Positions 10,317-19,367 of a stretch of 64,000 nucleotides of DNA are shown here, one piece after another. The stretch lies in IMG/VR virus record IMGVR_UViG_2571042690_000019; one strand, written 5' to 3'. Made by a program: the position numbers and the translations under genes. Numbering within the stretch: the stretch's first letter is position 1; the number at the start of each line of letters is the position of its first letter. The notes below the pieces were generated by a model. That model made no database searches, was not told where the DNA came from, and saw only the letters and a list, made by a program, of their open reading frames with translations. The DNA comes from a virus (lineage: Duplodnaviria > Heunggongvirae > Uroviricota > Caudoviricetes).

Positions 10317-11497
10317 ACATACTCCATGAACATTTTTTCAGCTTGTGCTGGTGGTGTTCCAGCCATGACAAGCGCATCAATGAACGCCTGCTTCTTCAGT
10401 GCGAACTGATCGGCAAGGCGTTGCTGAAGCTCCTTGTTTTTCTGTTTCTCACGTTGCAAGGCCGCTTCTTTTGCTGCCGCCCGTTTTTTCTGTGCATCTG
10501 ACAACTTTCTGGCCTTGGTCAATTGGTCACGTAGTTTGTCGATCTTGCCGTTGTCCTTTGCCAGTTTTGTACTTAAAGCTGCCTGGCGCTTCTGATAGAG
10601 CCTCCATTCGCGTTTGGCGGCTTCAACGTTCGTTTTACTGCTACGATTGCGATTAAACTCCTTCTCGTCTTCTTTTGAGAAGTGTTTGGTTGTACGGCGG
10701 CGATCGTCACCAAATGCAATTTGCGTTGCAGCCTTTTGTAGCGCACGAGCAATACTCATTTGCCAACTGGCGGACTGTAACCGCGTCATTGAGTGGATCA
10801 CGTGTTTACAGGCGACGCCTTGCAGCTTCGGGTTGCGAACTTTTGGATAGGCGTATTCTTTTGGCGGTGCCAGGGCAAAGTTACCCGCAGTGGCGATGTA
10901 ACGATACCAGTATTGATGACGACCACAGTCACAATCGAAAGACACTCGCCCGGCGCACAGTGATTTAGTGATTTTGAGAGCTGATTTATCGTCTTCTGCG
11001 ATGTCATCAACCATCTGATCCCATTCTTCAAAGCGTATCCGGACGATATGGTGCTGGTGGACGGATATATCCGATGCTTCTACGCGGATATTAATCACAT
11101 TGTGGCGAAGAGATACGGGTGTAGCTCTTTTGATACCAGATCCGTCATCCACGGCGTTATTTGCACGCTTAATATCGATTGCCTGGCTGGATGCCACCAG
11201 CTGGGCGTATGTGATGCCAGCCGTCTTGCTGTCATATTTTTCGCGCGTTTTACTCCGTAGCTTTTCGAAACCTTTCAGGTCGTCTCGCGTGAAGAACGTG
11301 CCGCCTTTTTTCTTCCCTAACTTGAGAATATCTTCGGCGGATTTGTTCCTCAGTCTACCTGGCGTCAGCGTCCGGTGAGCTTGTCGGCGCTTACGGGTTT
11401 GTTCTTTCCTGATAAGGTCGAATAAACGCGTGAAGTCCTTAGAGGACAGGCCGTCAGTGATATAGCGCCCGTCCTGGTTTTTCAGGAAATCAGGCAT
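10304..11497 (-). CDS. hypothetical protein with SWIM-type zinc-finger-like motif and Lys/Arg-rich coiled-coil C-terminus
   Basis: 397 aa; CxC-x(n)-CxH pattern (FDCDCGRH ... VACKHVIH). Confidence 0.6.
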   Translation of the reverse strand: MPDFLKNQDGRYITDGLSSKDFTRLFDLIRKEQTRKRRQAHRTLTPGRLRNKSAEDILKLGKKKGGTFFTRDDLKGFEKLRSKTREKYDSKTAGITYAQLVASSQAIDIKRANNAVDDGSGIKRATPVSLRHNVINIRVEASDISVHQHHIVRIRFEEWDQMVDDIAEDDKSALKITKSLCAGRVSFDCDCGRHQYWYRYIATAGNFALAPPKEYAYPKVRNPKLQGVACKHVIHSMTRLQSASWQMSIARALQKAATQIAFGDDRRRTTKHFSKEDEKEFNRNRSSKTNVEAAKREWRLYQKRQAALSTKLAKDNGKIDKLRDQLTKARKLSDAQKKRAAAKEAALQREKQKNKELQQRLADQFALKKQAFIDALVMAGTPPAQAEKMFMEYVKKA

Positions 11498-11819
11498 TTT
11501 CTATCTCCGGTTCCGCGCTTGCGTAATCACGGATCTTGTTCCTCAGCCATGCCACATCAGGAAGAGTTAACGTGGTCCCTGCGGGCATTTCTTCAATTTC
11601 TGACTCATGGCCCACCAGCACCCGGAATACCCAGCGCAAATCTGCATTGCCATACGCCCTGTAGGCTGCAAGGTCTGAACGATATACTTCATCAATCTTT
11701 ATCGTGTACTGGAAATTATCAGAGTGATACTCCGATACCCGCTTAATCATTTCCTGGTGAAACAGCGCACGAAAAATATCGTCTTCAATGTACCTATCGT
11801 CGAGTCTGCTATAGCCCAT
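11490..11819 (-). CDS. hypothetical protein
   Basis: 109-aa ORF whose stop overlaps the start of the SWIM gene. Confidence 0.5.
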   Translation of the reverse strand: MGYSRLDDRYIEDDIFRALFHQEMIKRVSEYHSDNFQYTIKIDEVYRSDLAAYRAYGNADLRWVFRVLVGHESEIEEMPAGTTLTLPDVAWLRNKIRDYASAEPEIENA

Positions 11820-12011
11820 AACAAAGCCTCTCAGTCATAACCTGGGGGAAACTGTATGCAGGGTGTGAAATGCGAGAAACAGACAGGCCACCAGTTCAGG
11901 GGGATGTGGTTCATAAATCCCCTCACTGGTGACAAGTGACTTTCATTAATCTTTATGCGGGGGCCAGCTTCATTTGCTGGCATTAGATTAAAAATCAAAC
12001 GGAGTAAATGA

Positions 12012-12146
12012 CATGGATGTTATCTTCGAATTATTAATGCTAATTGATCTGTTTATGAACGCTTCATTGACCACTCAAATACTCGCGTCAATATTTTTGT
12101 TACTCTTCTACCTGGTATTGAGGGAGTTAACAAAGCTACTAATGTG
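12012..12146 (+). CDS. possible small hydrophobic peptide (44 aa)
   Basis: manually translated MDVIFELLMLIDLFMNASLTTQILASIFLLLFYLVLRELTKLLM; not in ORF track (below length cutoff). Confidence 0.2.
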
Positions 12147-12147
12147 A

Positions 12148-12801
12148 TCAAAGTATCACGGTATCTTCATCAACTTCTTTCCCAGTCAGCGACTTTGGCT
12201 GGGAGGTGCCTGCTTTAACTTTTTCATGCCCAATAATGGACAGGAACGAAGCGAGTATGCCTGTTTTTTGCTCTTTCTCGACTGTACCGGTCATCTGCTC
12301 TACGTAATCCGCACTGGCAACATTGTGGTATACGGTCGCGTAGCAACACAGGATCATCAAAATATGTTCCGGCCTGATATCCTGCCAGTTCACCCGGTAA
12401 ACTTCTTCTCCGTTACCGTTGTATTCGGTGTCAACGATGGAGTCGGGAATTTCGAAAGCACCTTTATTGTTTTGCGGCAGGGATAATAGCTTCTGGAGTT
12501 TTAGCTCTCTGTATCTTTCCATCCCTACGATGATCGCAGCTCTGCCGTCGGCATGACGTGTCTTGAGTGTTACCTGGCTTGCTCCGGTGCCAGCGGAGAT
12601 CGTTGGCGTAATTTCGTCTACCAGCACCTTAAATTTGCTTTTCCGCAGGGCTGCTATAGCTGGAGGAATCTTTTGCTTTTGTTCCAATGCTGACGCGGGA
12701 AGGGGTTTTACTTCGTTAATCACGAGAGCACCGTCTTTCAGTATTGCAGTGAGCATTTGCGGTTTGCTGGTGGTCAGGCTGAATATTGCTATCTTCTCCA
12801 T
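12148..12801 (-). CDS. hypothetical protein
   Basis: ORF 12148..12843; start placed at internal Met (MEKIAIF) downstream of a hairpin. Confidence 0.5.
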   Translation of the reverse strand: MEKIAIFSLTTSKPQMLTAILKDGALVINEVKPLPASALEQKQKIPPAIAALRKSKFKVLVDEITPTISAGTGASQVTLKTRHADGRAAIIVGMERYRELKLQKLLSLPQNNKGAFEIPDSIVDTEYNGNGEEVYRVNWQDIRPEHILMILCCYATVYHNVASADYVEQMTGTVEKEQKTGILASFLSIIGHEKVKAGTSQPKSLTGKEVDEDTVIL

Positions 12802-13069
12802 TGTCCTTCCTCCACGGATGACGGATACAAAAAAAGGCCGCACATGGCGGCCTGCTTTGGCGTTATGACTCCCTACCGCGCTTCGGCTGAAAGTTAATCG
12901 TCAAAAGAACCTTCAACGGGAGCCGTTAGCGCGATGGATTATGTGCAGTTTGTGATTTCCAGAATAGTGTCAACCACTTTTTGAGGATTTTATTATTTGA
13001 CCGAAACTTGGCCTAAATCATGTTGATGTAGTTGATTGTTTTTATAACATAAAACTTCATTTTGTTTAC

Positions 13070-13693
13070 ATGAAGGATGGTGTAGTGAAGTTAAGGGTTT
13101 TAGGGGCCGCGCTCGCGGCTATGTTGGGATGCGTATCTGCTAATACTGCCAATGCAACTGCGTTACCTGCACAATTCAGGGCAGGGCAGCAGGTTATGAA
13201 TAACGCTGTTGGGGATCATTCACAAGCGGCCATTATGGACTTTTGCAAGAGGGAGGGCATTCCATTACGGCCTGTTGGAACTCAGTTTATTGGTAAAACT
13301 GACTTTTGCGTTTTTGCATATACAGCATATCTGACGGACAAAGCTATAACAAAAACAGGTTATTCAACCAAAGATACTCTTTCCAGATTAAGTCAGGGAT
13401 GGCAGCAATTCGAAGTGTATCGCCAGCAAGGATTAGGTGAGTTATTGCAACCACTTTTTATGCTTGCGTTGGTGCCAGAGGGGCAGCAATTTTTGGTTAA
13501 AAAGGGAATGCTTCGCCAAAGTGATATTGCCGGGTTCGATAGCATGATGGCTTATGAGCGCAAACTAACCGAGCAGCGAAATAAAAAACCATCTGCTTCA
13601 TGTGTGCAAAGTAAAACAGCAGAATACAGTGCAGTAGCCGGGCCTTTAGCCAAACAAATGGCAGAGCAATGGTGTAAAAAATACGGGCAATAA
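13070..13693 (+). CDS. hypothetical secreted protein or lipoprotein
   Basis: 207 aa, N-terminal signal-like hydrophobic segment LGAALAAMLGCVSA. Confidence 0.55.
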   Translation: MKDGVVKLRVLGAALAAMLGCVSANTANATALPAQFRAGQQVMNNAVGDHSQAAIMDFCKREGIPLRPVGTQFIGKTDFCVFAYTAYLTDKAITKTGYSTKDTLSRLSQGWQQFEVYRQQGLGELLQPLFMLALVPEGQQFLVKKGMLRQSDIAGFDSMMAYERKLTEQRNKKPSASCVQSKTAEYSAVAGPLAKQMAEQWCKKYGQ

Positions 13694-13713
13694 GTTACGC
13701 AGCGGAGGCAGAA

Positions 13714-14106
13714 TTGAACAGATTGGCTATTGCTTTACTGGCGTCTTTCCCTTTGATCGCGAGCGCCGGAAATTTACAAGTTAAGTGCGGTCGGTTTGAT
13801 ATAAAAATCTATCCAGATGCCATATTTCTGAATGGGAATAAGGTTGATAACGCACACCGAAAAACTGAATCTGACGTAATGAGCTATGTGTTCCAGGAGT
13901 ATGCGGAGATGGGGGGAACTTACACGCTGTACTCGCTGGATGTTCCTTCTCGCGGTGATATGACATTATCCCATCAATGGCAGAACGCCGATGGCGAAGC
14001 TCTGCGCGAGGTTAAAACAGAAAAATGTGGCACTTTCCATTCTTTTAAAGGGAAAGCGCCAAATGTTAAATCTGTGCTTGAAAAACAGCGCGCAGGTGAG
14101 CTTTAA
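13714..14106 (+). CDS. hypothetical secreted protein
   Basis: 130 aa, signal peptide MNRLAIALLASFPLIASA. Confidence 0.55.
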   Translation: MNRLAIALLASFPLIASAGNLQVKCGRFDIKIYPDAIFLNGNKVDNAHRKTESDVMSYVFQEYAEMGGTYTLYSLDVPSRGDMTLSHQWQNADGEALREVKTEKCGTFHSFKGKAPNVKSVLEKQRAGEL

Positions 14107-14414
14107 ACACCTTTAACCACGGAGATGCCGTTCCCTGCACGATAGCTGCGGGGAACGGAATTCTCCATCAGGTCACGAATTACTCCCGCCTCATGTAGTT
14201 CCTCTGTTTCCCAGTATCTGTTTGTCACCAGATCCAGGCTGGCTATGACCTTGTGCCGGTCATTCGGCATAGCCAATTTTTCTGCTATAACCATCAGTGA
14301 AAACTCTTCATCCAGTAGGATTTGATACCAGACTTTTGCCAGTTCCAACTCTCTAATGAGGGTGAAGCGCCGCTCAAGTGTGGCGGCAGAATAAGTGAAA
14401 TCTATTTTTTTCAT
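14103..14414 (-). CDS. hypothetical protein
   Basis: 103-aa ORF. Confidence 0.4.
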   Translation of the reverse strand: MKKIDFTYSAATLERRFTLIRELELAKVWYQILLDEEFSLMVIAEKLAMPNDRHKVIASLDLVTNRYWETEELHEAGVIRDLMENSVPRSYRAGNGISVVKGV

Positions 14415-14473
14415 CGTGCGGATAATCCGATTATTTGGCAGTTAAATCCCCGGCGTCGCCGGGGATGCAGCAT

Positions 14474-15652
14474 TTAACTAACAATCCAGTCCATAGCAAT
14501 AACATCCTCTGGAGCTAAATCAATAGCATGGATTTTCCCGTCACGGATGGTGCGCCAGTGCTTTCGTGATCCACCTTCGGGCCACACCCATATACCTTCA
14601 GGCCAGGAAGAACGACGACACACTGTTGCGTATCCAGTCCTGATCTTCTCTCTGACGGTATGTAGTGACAGATTATCCTTTGGGCTTTCAGGCACAGGAT
14701 GGTGGATTGCCTGAAACATCCCCATCTTTGGATGATACCAGCGTTTATTGCGTGGTTCTGCCTCCGACATCACCTGCTTAAAGGCTTTCCGGAAGGGGGC
14801 ACGTGATCCACCTTCGGGCCACACCCATATACCTTCAGGCCAGGAAGAACGACGACACACTGTTGCGTATCCAGTCCTGATCTTCTCTCTGACGGTATGT
14901 AGTGACAGATTATCCTTTGGGCTTTCAGGCACAGGATGGTGGATTGCCTGAAACATCCCCATCTTTGGATGATACCAGCGTTTATTGCGTGGTTCTGCCT
15001 CCGACATCACCTGCTTAAAGGCTTTCCGGAAGGGGGCCAGGGCCACAATGGAACGTCGCGCAAGCAAACCGTCGGGAGTTAAAAACTCATGCGTATCTGT
15101 GGGGATCCGGTAAGCGTTGACCAGGTTGCGGCATTTGGCTTCAGTCAGGCCGCATTTCGCCGCTAACTGGCGATAGCCAATGTAGCCTTCCGGAATATTG
15201 CCTTTCTTTATTTGCTCGACGGTTTCAGCGACTTTGGTCACTTGTGCCGATACTTCGGCTACCTGGGCATTAACGGCGTTGATCCGGCGTTCATGCTCAA
15301 GATGCATTTGCGCCATTTCAGCCAGAATTTCGGCTTTTGATTTTAACTGTACCCGGGCATTCTCCAGTTCGCGCCAGCGGTCCACCAGCCGGGCGGTGAA
15401 TTCGGGAGAGAGCTGCGCGACGACGACAATACTATCGCGCTTGCCTTGCTCGCCTTCGAAGAAATAGGCTTTTGTGTATTTATTAGGGCTAAGTGATTGA
15501 TTATTCTCAACTGTAGCCAATGGCGTATGTTGGATAACTCCTTTAGCAACAAGTCTTTCGATGCTGCGTTTAACATCAGAGTGACGACTTCCCACCAGTT
15601 CCGCGATCTCAATGCTGGTCATTGTCGCTTTTTGAGAGATGGACAGATTCAT
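14474..15652 (-). CDS. phage antirepressor-like protein (Rha/Ant family) fused to a C-terminal domain; contains a 79-codon in-frame tandem duplication
   Basis: N-terminal SIEIAELVGSRHSDVKRSIERL and central region homologous to ORF 54851..55558; C-terminus homologous to separate ORF 54654..54854. Confidence 0.7.
   Translation of the reverse strand: MNLSISQKATMTSIEIAELVGSRHSDVKRSIERLVAKGVIQHTPLATVENNQSLSPNKYTKAYFFEGEQGKRDSIVVVAQLSPEFTARLVDRWRELENARVQLKSKAEILAEMAQMHLEHERRINAVNAQVAEVSAQVTKVAETVEQIKKGNIPEGYIGYRQLAAKCGLTEAKCRNLVNAYRIPTDTHEFLTPDGLLARRSIVALAPFRKAFKQVMSEAEPRNKRWYHPKMGMFQAIHHPVPESPKDNLSLHTVREKIRTGYATVCRRSSWPEGIWVWPEGGSRAPFRKAFKQVMSEAEPRNKRWYHPKMGMFQAIHHPVPESPKDNLSLHTVREKIRTGYATVCRRSSWPEGIWVWPEGGSRKHWRTIRDGKIHAIDLAPEDVIAMDWIVS
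14565..15038. repeat. exact tandem duplication, 2 x 237 bp, inside the antirepressor gene
   Basis: two consecutive identical 237-nt units; peptide APFRKAFKQV...WPEGGSR repeated twice in the ORF. Confidence 0.9.
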
Positions 15653-15867
15653 CAGTGCACCTCCACGCAGTTCATTGGCAGATTCCAGTAATTGAGGATC
15701 TCCATCGCATCAAGAGTGAAGCGAGCAGCAAAAATGCAGGGTTCTTCGGGAAGGTATGAGCGCGCCTCTGCTTCGGTAGCAGCCATTACGCAGATATAAA
15801 GGTGTTTTTGGCAGGAATAGAAACGCCAGATAAATTCAGAATGAGTTGGGGTAGGGATAGTAGCCAT
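15652..15867 (-). CDS. small protein upstream of antirepressor (position of P1 icd)
   Basis: 71 aa, strong AAGGAGG RBS, stop overlaps antirepressor start; paralog of ORF 55558..55782. Confidence 0.55.
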   Translation of the reverse strand: MATIPTPTHSEFIWRFYSCQKHLYICVMAATEAEARSYLPEEPCIFAARFTLDAMEILNYWNLPMNCVEVH

Positions 15868-16183
15868 ATTGGCAGCCTCCTTTGACTAAGTTAAGGAGCT
15901 ACCGCGTGAGGTTCCAATCTCAATGGCGGTAGCACTGACTGGGTTGGAACTACCGGCGTCAAAGGGAACCGGCCTGCCTTTCGGCAGCCCAGCCAGCACT
16001 ACCATTGATCTCTGAGCTAAACGCTAAGTATGGCTGTGCGATGGCATGACACAAAAAAAGACGCGTTCGGCGTCTGTGTCGCCTTTGACATTATCCGGGG
16101 TTCCAATCCCGGCACCCGTTTTTCTAAGGTGCCGTAGAAATATACCCCACGATAATGCCATGGCGCAACAGTCAGTATTTTAT

Positions 16184-16350
16184 GCTTTGGCGGATTTCTT
16201 CCGGGCTTGCTTGCAGGCGTAGGCCATTGCTTTAGCTTTCACTTCATCCAGCTTCCCGGTGATCACTTCTTTTCCGAGAGTGACAAACCAGTCATAGCAA
16301 CCGCCAGTAATGTTCTTGATTTGAAAGTTGAGGTAGCGAACAGTCATTTT
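16184..16350 (-). CDS. possible small protein (55 aa)
   Basis: manual translation MTVRYLNFQIKNITGGCYDWFVTLGKEVITGKLDEVKAKAMAYACKQARKKSAKA with upstream GGGGG RBS-like run. Confidence 0.25.
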
Positions 16351-16667
16351 GACACCCCCAGCGCGAGTAAAGAATGCAGATTATCGCGTGAGTGGTGGAC
16401 GACGAGTGATGGGAAAAGACTGTAGTTGTTCATAGTGTAGTGACTCCTTGCTTTCGGAGCCGCCATTGACTGTTCCACGGTCTGGTGGCGGCGCAATAAA
16501 GGCTGGAACACCGTGAGTCAACGGGGGCTTTTCAGCCACCTATATTGCACCGCCATAGGTATAGCGGCGGCAATAATACGAAAAACTAAACAGTTTGTCT
16601 CAAAAAGTTGACCGGTGTGCCAATCGGTAGTGAATGTACATCGGGGAAATTTACAATTCAACTTAAA

Positions 16668-16682
16668 ATGTTAGAAAACTAA
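16668..16682 (-). promoter_or_regulatory. operator-like motif TTAGTTTTCTAACAT
   Basis: member of dispersed conserved motif family. Confidence 0.4.
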
Positions 16683-17257
16683 TTTATCAATTCAATCGCC
16701 ATCTGATACAACGCCATTTCATCGGCATTGTGCCGTATGAAATCTGCTTTTCCGCCTATTTTTCCATCAGCATGAACAGGGACCAGCCAGGGATATTGTT
16801 CTCGGACCTCGGCTGGCGCTGCGTACTGGTGGTGCCATTTACACAAAGGGAGGACATATTTATGCGCGTTCTCTGCCGTTCTCCCGAAGATATGGTGCAG
16901 GGATACTACTGGGCTATGTTGCCCGTGAATATGGCAGGCAATGCAGGGGAGAGTACCGATAGCGGTCTGTATCCGGCGTTCATCGGCTGTGAGTGATCTG
17001 CCCTTCAGGCCGCGTGACGTGCGTGTTTTTTTGGGCGGAGCGGATACAGCTTTATCTTTTCTCCGCTGTTCATATTGCTTTGCTTTTTCAATTTTCTTTT
17101 GCCGATATTCAGGCGATGCGGCTTTTTCTCTCGCTCGCTGCTGCTGGCGTTGAGCTTGTTGAAGGCGCTTTGCCCTTTGTTCCTCTCGCCAGGCCGGGTC
17201 AGCCAATTTTTGCATGGCTTTTTGTCTCTGTTTCTCCCAATAACTCTGTTTCTGCAT
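16679..17257 (-). CDS. ref: Ref-like HNH-type protein (basic disordered N-terminus plus His/Cys-rich C-terminal domain)
   Basis: 192 aa; N-terminal 95 aa Lys/Arg/Gln-rich; C-terminal LPCIACHIHGQH...LHHIFGR...CKWHHQ; matches the described architecture of P1 Ref, no sequence alignment available. Confidence 0.5.
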   Translation of the reverse strand: MQKQSYWEKQRQKAMQKLADPAWREEQRAKRLQQAQRQQQRAREKAASPEYRQKKIEKAKQYEQRRKDKAVSAPPKKTRTSRGLKGRSLTADERRIQTAIGTLPCIACHIHGQHSPVVSLHHIFGRTAENAHKYVLPLCKWHHQYAAPAEVREQYPWLVPVHADGKIGGKADFIRHNADEMALYQMAIELIN

Positions 17258-17323
17258 GATGGCAGTCTCTTACTTTTCAACGATTTTTCTATGATTGATC
17301 AAAATGGTTAGATATTCAAAATT

Positions 17324-17337
17324 GATTTTCTAACATA
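17324..17337 (+). promoter_or_regulatory. operator-like motif GATTTTCTAACATA between divergent ref and plus-strand operon
   Basis: dispersed conserved motif followed by TAATAT. Confidence 0.45.
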
Positions 17338-17374
17338 AAACATTAATATCATTCCTGATAACTGTTTGGAGGAC

Positions 17375-17530
17375 ATGATGCTTATAGCTTTAAGTGCGAT
17401 CCACCAGCCATCTGTGAATGAGATTGGCCTGTTCTATGTGTTGGTTTTCGGGGCGTTGGCGCTACTTGAGCTTGGTATTGAGCTTTTCGCAGTGCTTATG
17501 TTTTGCGTCACGATTCTGGGGAAATTTTGA
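17375..17530 (+). CDS. small hydrophobic protein (51 aa)
   Basis: GGAGG RBS 4 nt upstream of ATG; MMLIALSAIHQPSVNEIGLFYVLVFGALALLELGIELFAVLMFCVTILGKF; stop overlaps next start (ATGA-type). Confidence 0.4.
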   Translation: MMLIALSAIHQPSVNEIGLFYVLVFGALALLELGIELFAVLMFCVTILGKF

Positions 17531-18153
17531 TGGTGAAACGTGTTTTGAAAATTTACATCGCGGGGCCGATGACTGGTTATCCAGATTACAACCGTGCGGC
17601 GTTTAATGCGAAAGCGAGCGAGCTGATGTCTGAAGGGCATATCGTTCTGAATCCAGCTGTGTTACCTGGTGGCCTTTGCCAGAGTGAATACATGGATATT
17701 TGCCTGGCAATGGTGCGTTCTGCTGATGCGATCTATCTGCTCAATCAATGGGAAGAATCGGTTGGTGCTCGCGCAGAGCACGCGCTGGCTGAAAAGCTGG
17801 GGCTGACTGTAATTTATGAGTCACAAACCAACATTGAATGCCAGGTTGCTCCGCATATTTACCGTGAACTGGTAAATGCGTTACGTGATGTTGCTATTGA
17901 ATGTCACGGCACGGATCAGCTTCGCGCCCGCTTAAGCAAAACCCTTTCCAGTTACCTGTCTTTGGCTGAAGGATACAACCTCCGGCAGCGGAGAATGGTC
18001 AAATTAATCACGCGTTTATCTCAATCCCTGGCAAATGCCGAACCAACTAATCCGCTACCTAATGACGCAATGAATTACCTGAAGTCATGCGGCGTTGTTT
18101 CTGAAGATGCAGTTCGTTTTGTGGAGTTTATGTCTCAGAGGATGTCAGCGTGA
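17530..18153 (+). CDS. nucleoside 2-deoxyribosyltransferase-like (DUF4406-type) protein
   Basis: KIYIAGPMTGYPDYNR motif; C-terminal module shared with ORF 26096..27712. Confidence 0.5.
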   Translation: MVKRVLKIYIAGPMTGYPDYNRAAFNAKASELMSEGHIVLNPAVLPGGLCQSEYMDICLAMVRSADAIYLLNQWEESVGARAEHALAEKLGLTVIYESQTNIECQVAPHIYRELVNALRDVAIECHGTDQLRARLSKTLSSYLSLAEGYNLRQRRMVKLITRLSQSLANAEPTNPLPNDAMNYLKSCGVVSEDAVRFVEFMSQRMSA

Positions 18154-18467
18154 GCTGGCGGGGATGGGGAAGGGCGGAAATCATGATACTCCGCCAGTGC
18201 GCCGGGACTATGACAGTCGTGAGTATTGGGAGGCTGATCGGGCGTACCGGTAGTGCTGTCAGAACCAAAGCGCGGCAACTGCGGATCTGCATGATTCTGA
18301 AAGGAGACTTTCACCCGTCAGCCAAATACCGGCAGGGCGATATAGAACTGGCACGGCAGCTTCATCGGTGTGGTGTTCCCCGCCGTGAGATCGCAGAAAA
18401 ACTCGAAATGCCCTTGAGCATGATTAATCAGTACGTTTATTTCGAAAGGAGAGTACATGAAGTCTGA
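18150..18467 (+). CDS. hypothetical HTH-like protein
   Basis: 105-aa ORF, start overlaps upstream stop. Confidence 0.45.
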   Translation: MSWRGWGRAEIMILRQCAGTMTVVSIGRLIGRTGSAVRTKARQLRICMILKGDFHPSAKYRQGDIELARQLHRCGVPRREIAEKLEMPLSMINQYVYFERRVHEV

Positions 18468-18960
18468 AGGTTTAACGCCAGCACAACTGGCAGAGCGTAA
18501 CGCTGAGTATGTAACGGAAATTTCCCGACTTGAGAAAGAACGCTCGGCGCTGGCGGCGGAGAATGAACTGGCTCGTAAGGCAGTTCAGGCATTCTGCGAT
18601 GTTGTTGGCGACAACACCGAGGTTATCGCTGAGGAGGTTGGGCGAGATGGCGTTCTGGTTATTTTGGAGGCCATGAAGGCAACAGGAAATATGCCAGCCA
18701 CCGATGCTTTCCTGGCTGAAATTCGTGCGGAGGCTCGCAACGAGGGGATTAACTATACCGCAAGCCGTCTTGCTGCTGCTTTCAACCACGGATTTATCAA
18801 TAAGTCTTTACGTGAAGTTTTCGACGTTACACGCATGATTCTGTCAGCGAAAGAAGAGTTGGCTAATGAACCGCACCCGATTGATGGCCTGTCCGGTGAA
18901 TATGCGGAGAAATCCCTTGAAGAATGGGCGGAACAGATTCGCAAAGGAGCTGACAAGTGA
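18457..18960 (+). CDS. Ea22-like (ead/Ea22 family) phage protein
   Basis: ALAAENELARK and ATDAFLAEIRAEARNEG signature segments shared with four paralogs. Confidence 0.65.
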   Translation: MKSEGLTPAQLAERNAEYVTEISRLEKERSALAAENELARKAVQAFCDVVGDNTEVIAEEVGRDGVLVILEAMKATGNMPATDAFLAEIRAEARNEGINYTASRLAAAFNHGFINKSLREVFDVTRMILSAKEELANEPHPIDGLSGEYAEKSLEEWAEQIRKGADK

Positions 18961-19367
18961 AGAAGATGATTTTTGTCGCGGCATTGTTGGTGAATATCCA
19001 ACAAGTGCATGCTTCAGCAGCTATTGTAGCCTCTACCGCCGCGACTACGGCTGCTGTAGCTGCTGCGAACTCTGCGAATATCGCAAACCAACAGGCACAG
19101 CGTGCTGCTAATGCATCAGCCAGCGTTCACTCAATCACCATTAAGAGCAGTAAGCAAAATCTGGGATTCATAACGTGCGGCACGCGTTCTAATGAAGCTG
19201 TAGGTTCACTTGGATGTACGGTATATGGGGGTAGTGAGAATAGAGAAATTCCATGGAAAACGTGGCCCGGATACGTTCTTGGCTCGAAGCTCCCGGCCAG
19301 TTATGAAGTAAACGCCGTATCGTTTGATCACTATAACGGCGTGGCAACGGTCTATTTTGCATATTGA
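18957..19367 (+). CDS. hypothetical secreted protein
   Basis: 136 aa, N-terminal signal-like MKKMIFVAALLVNIQQVHA. Confidence 0.5.
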   Translation: MKKMIFVAALLVNIQQVHASAAIVASTAATTAAVAAANSANIANQQAQRAANASASVHSITIKSSKQNLGFITCGTRSNEAVGSLGCTVYGGSENREIPWKTWPGYVLGSKLPASYEVNAVSFDHYNGVATVYFAY

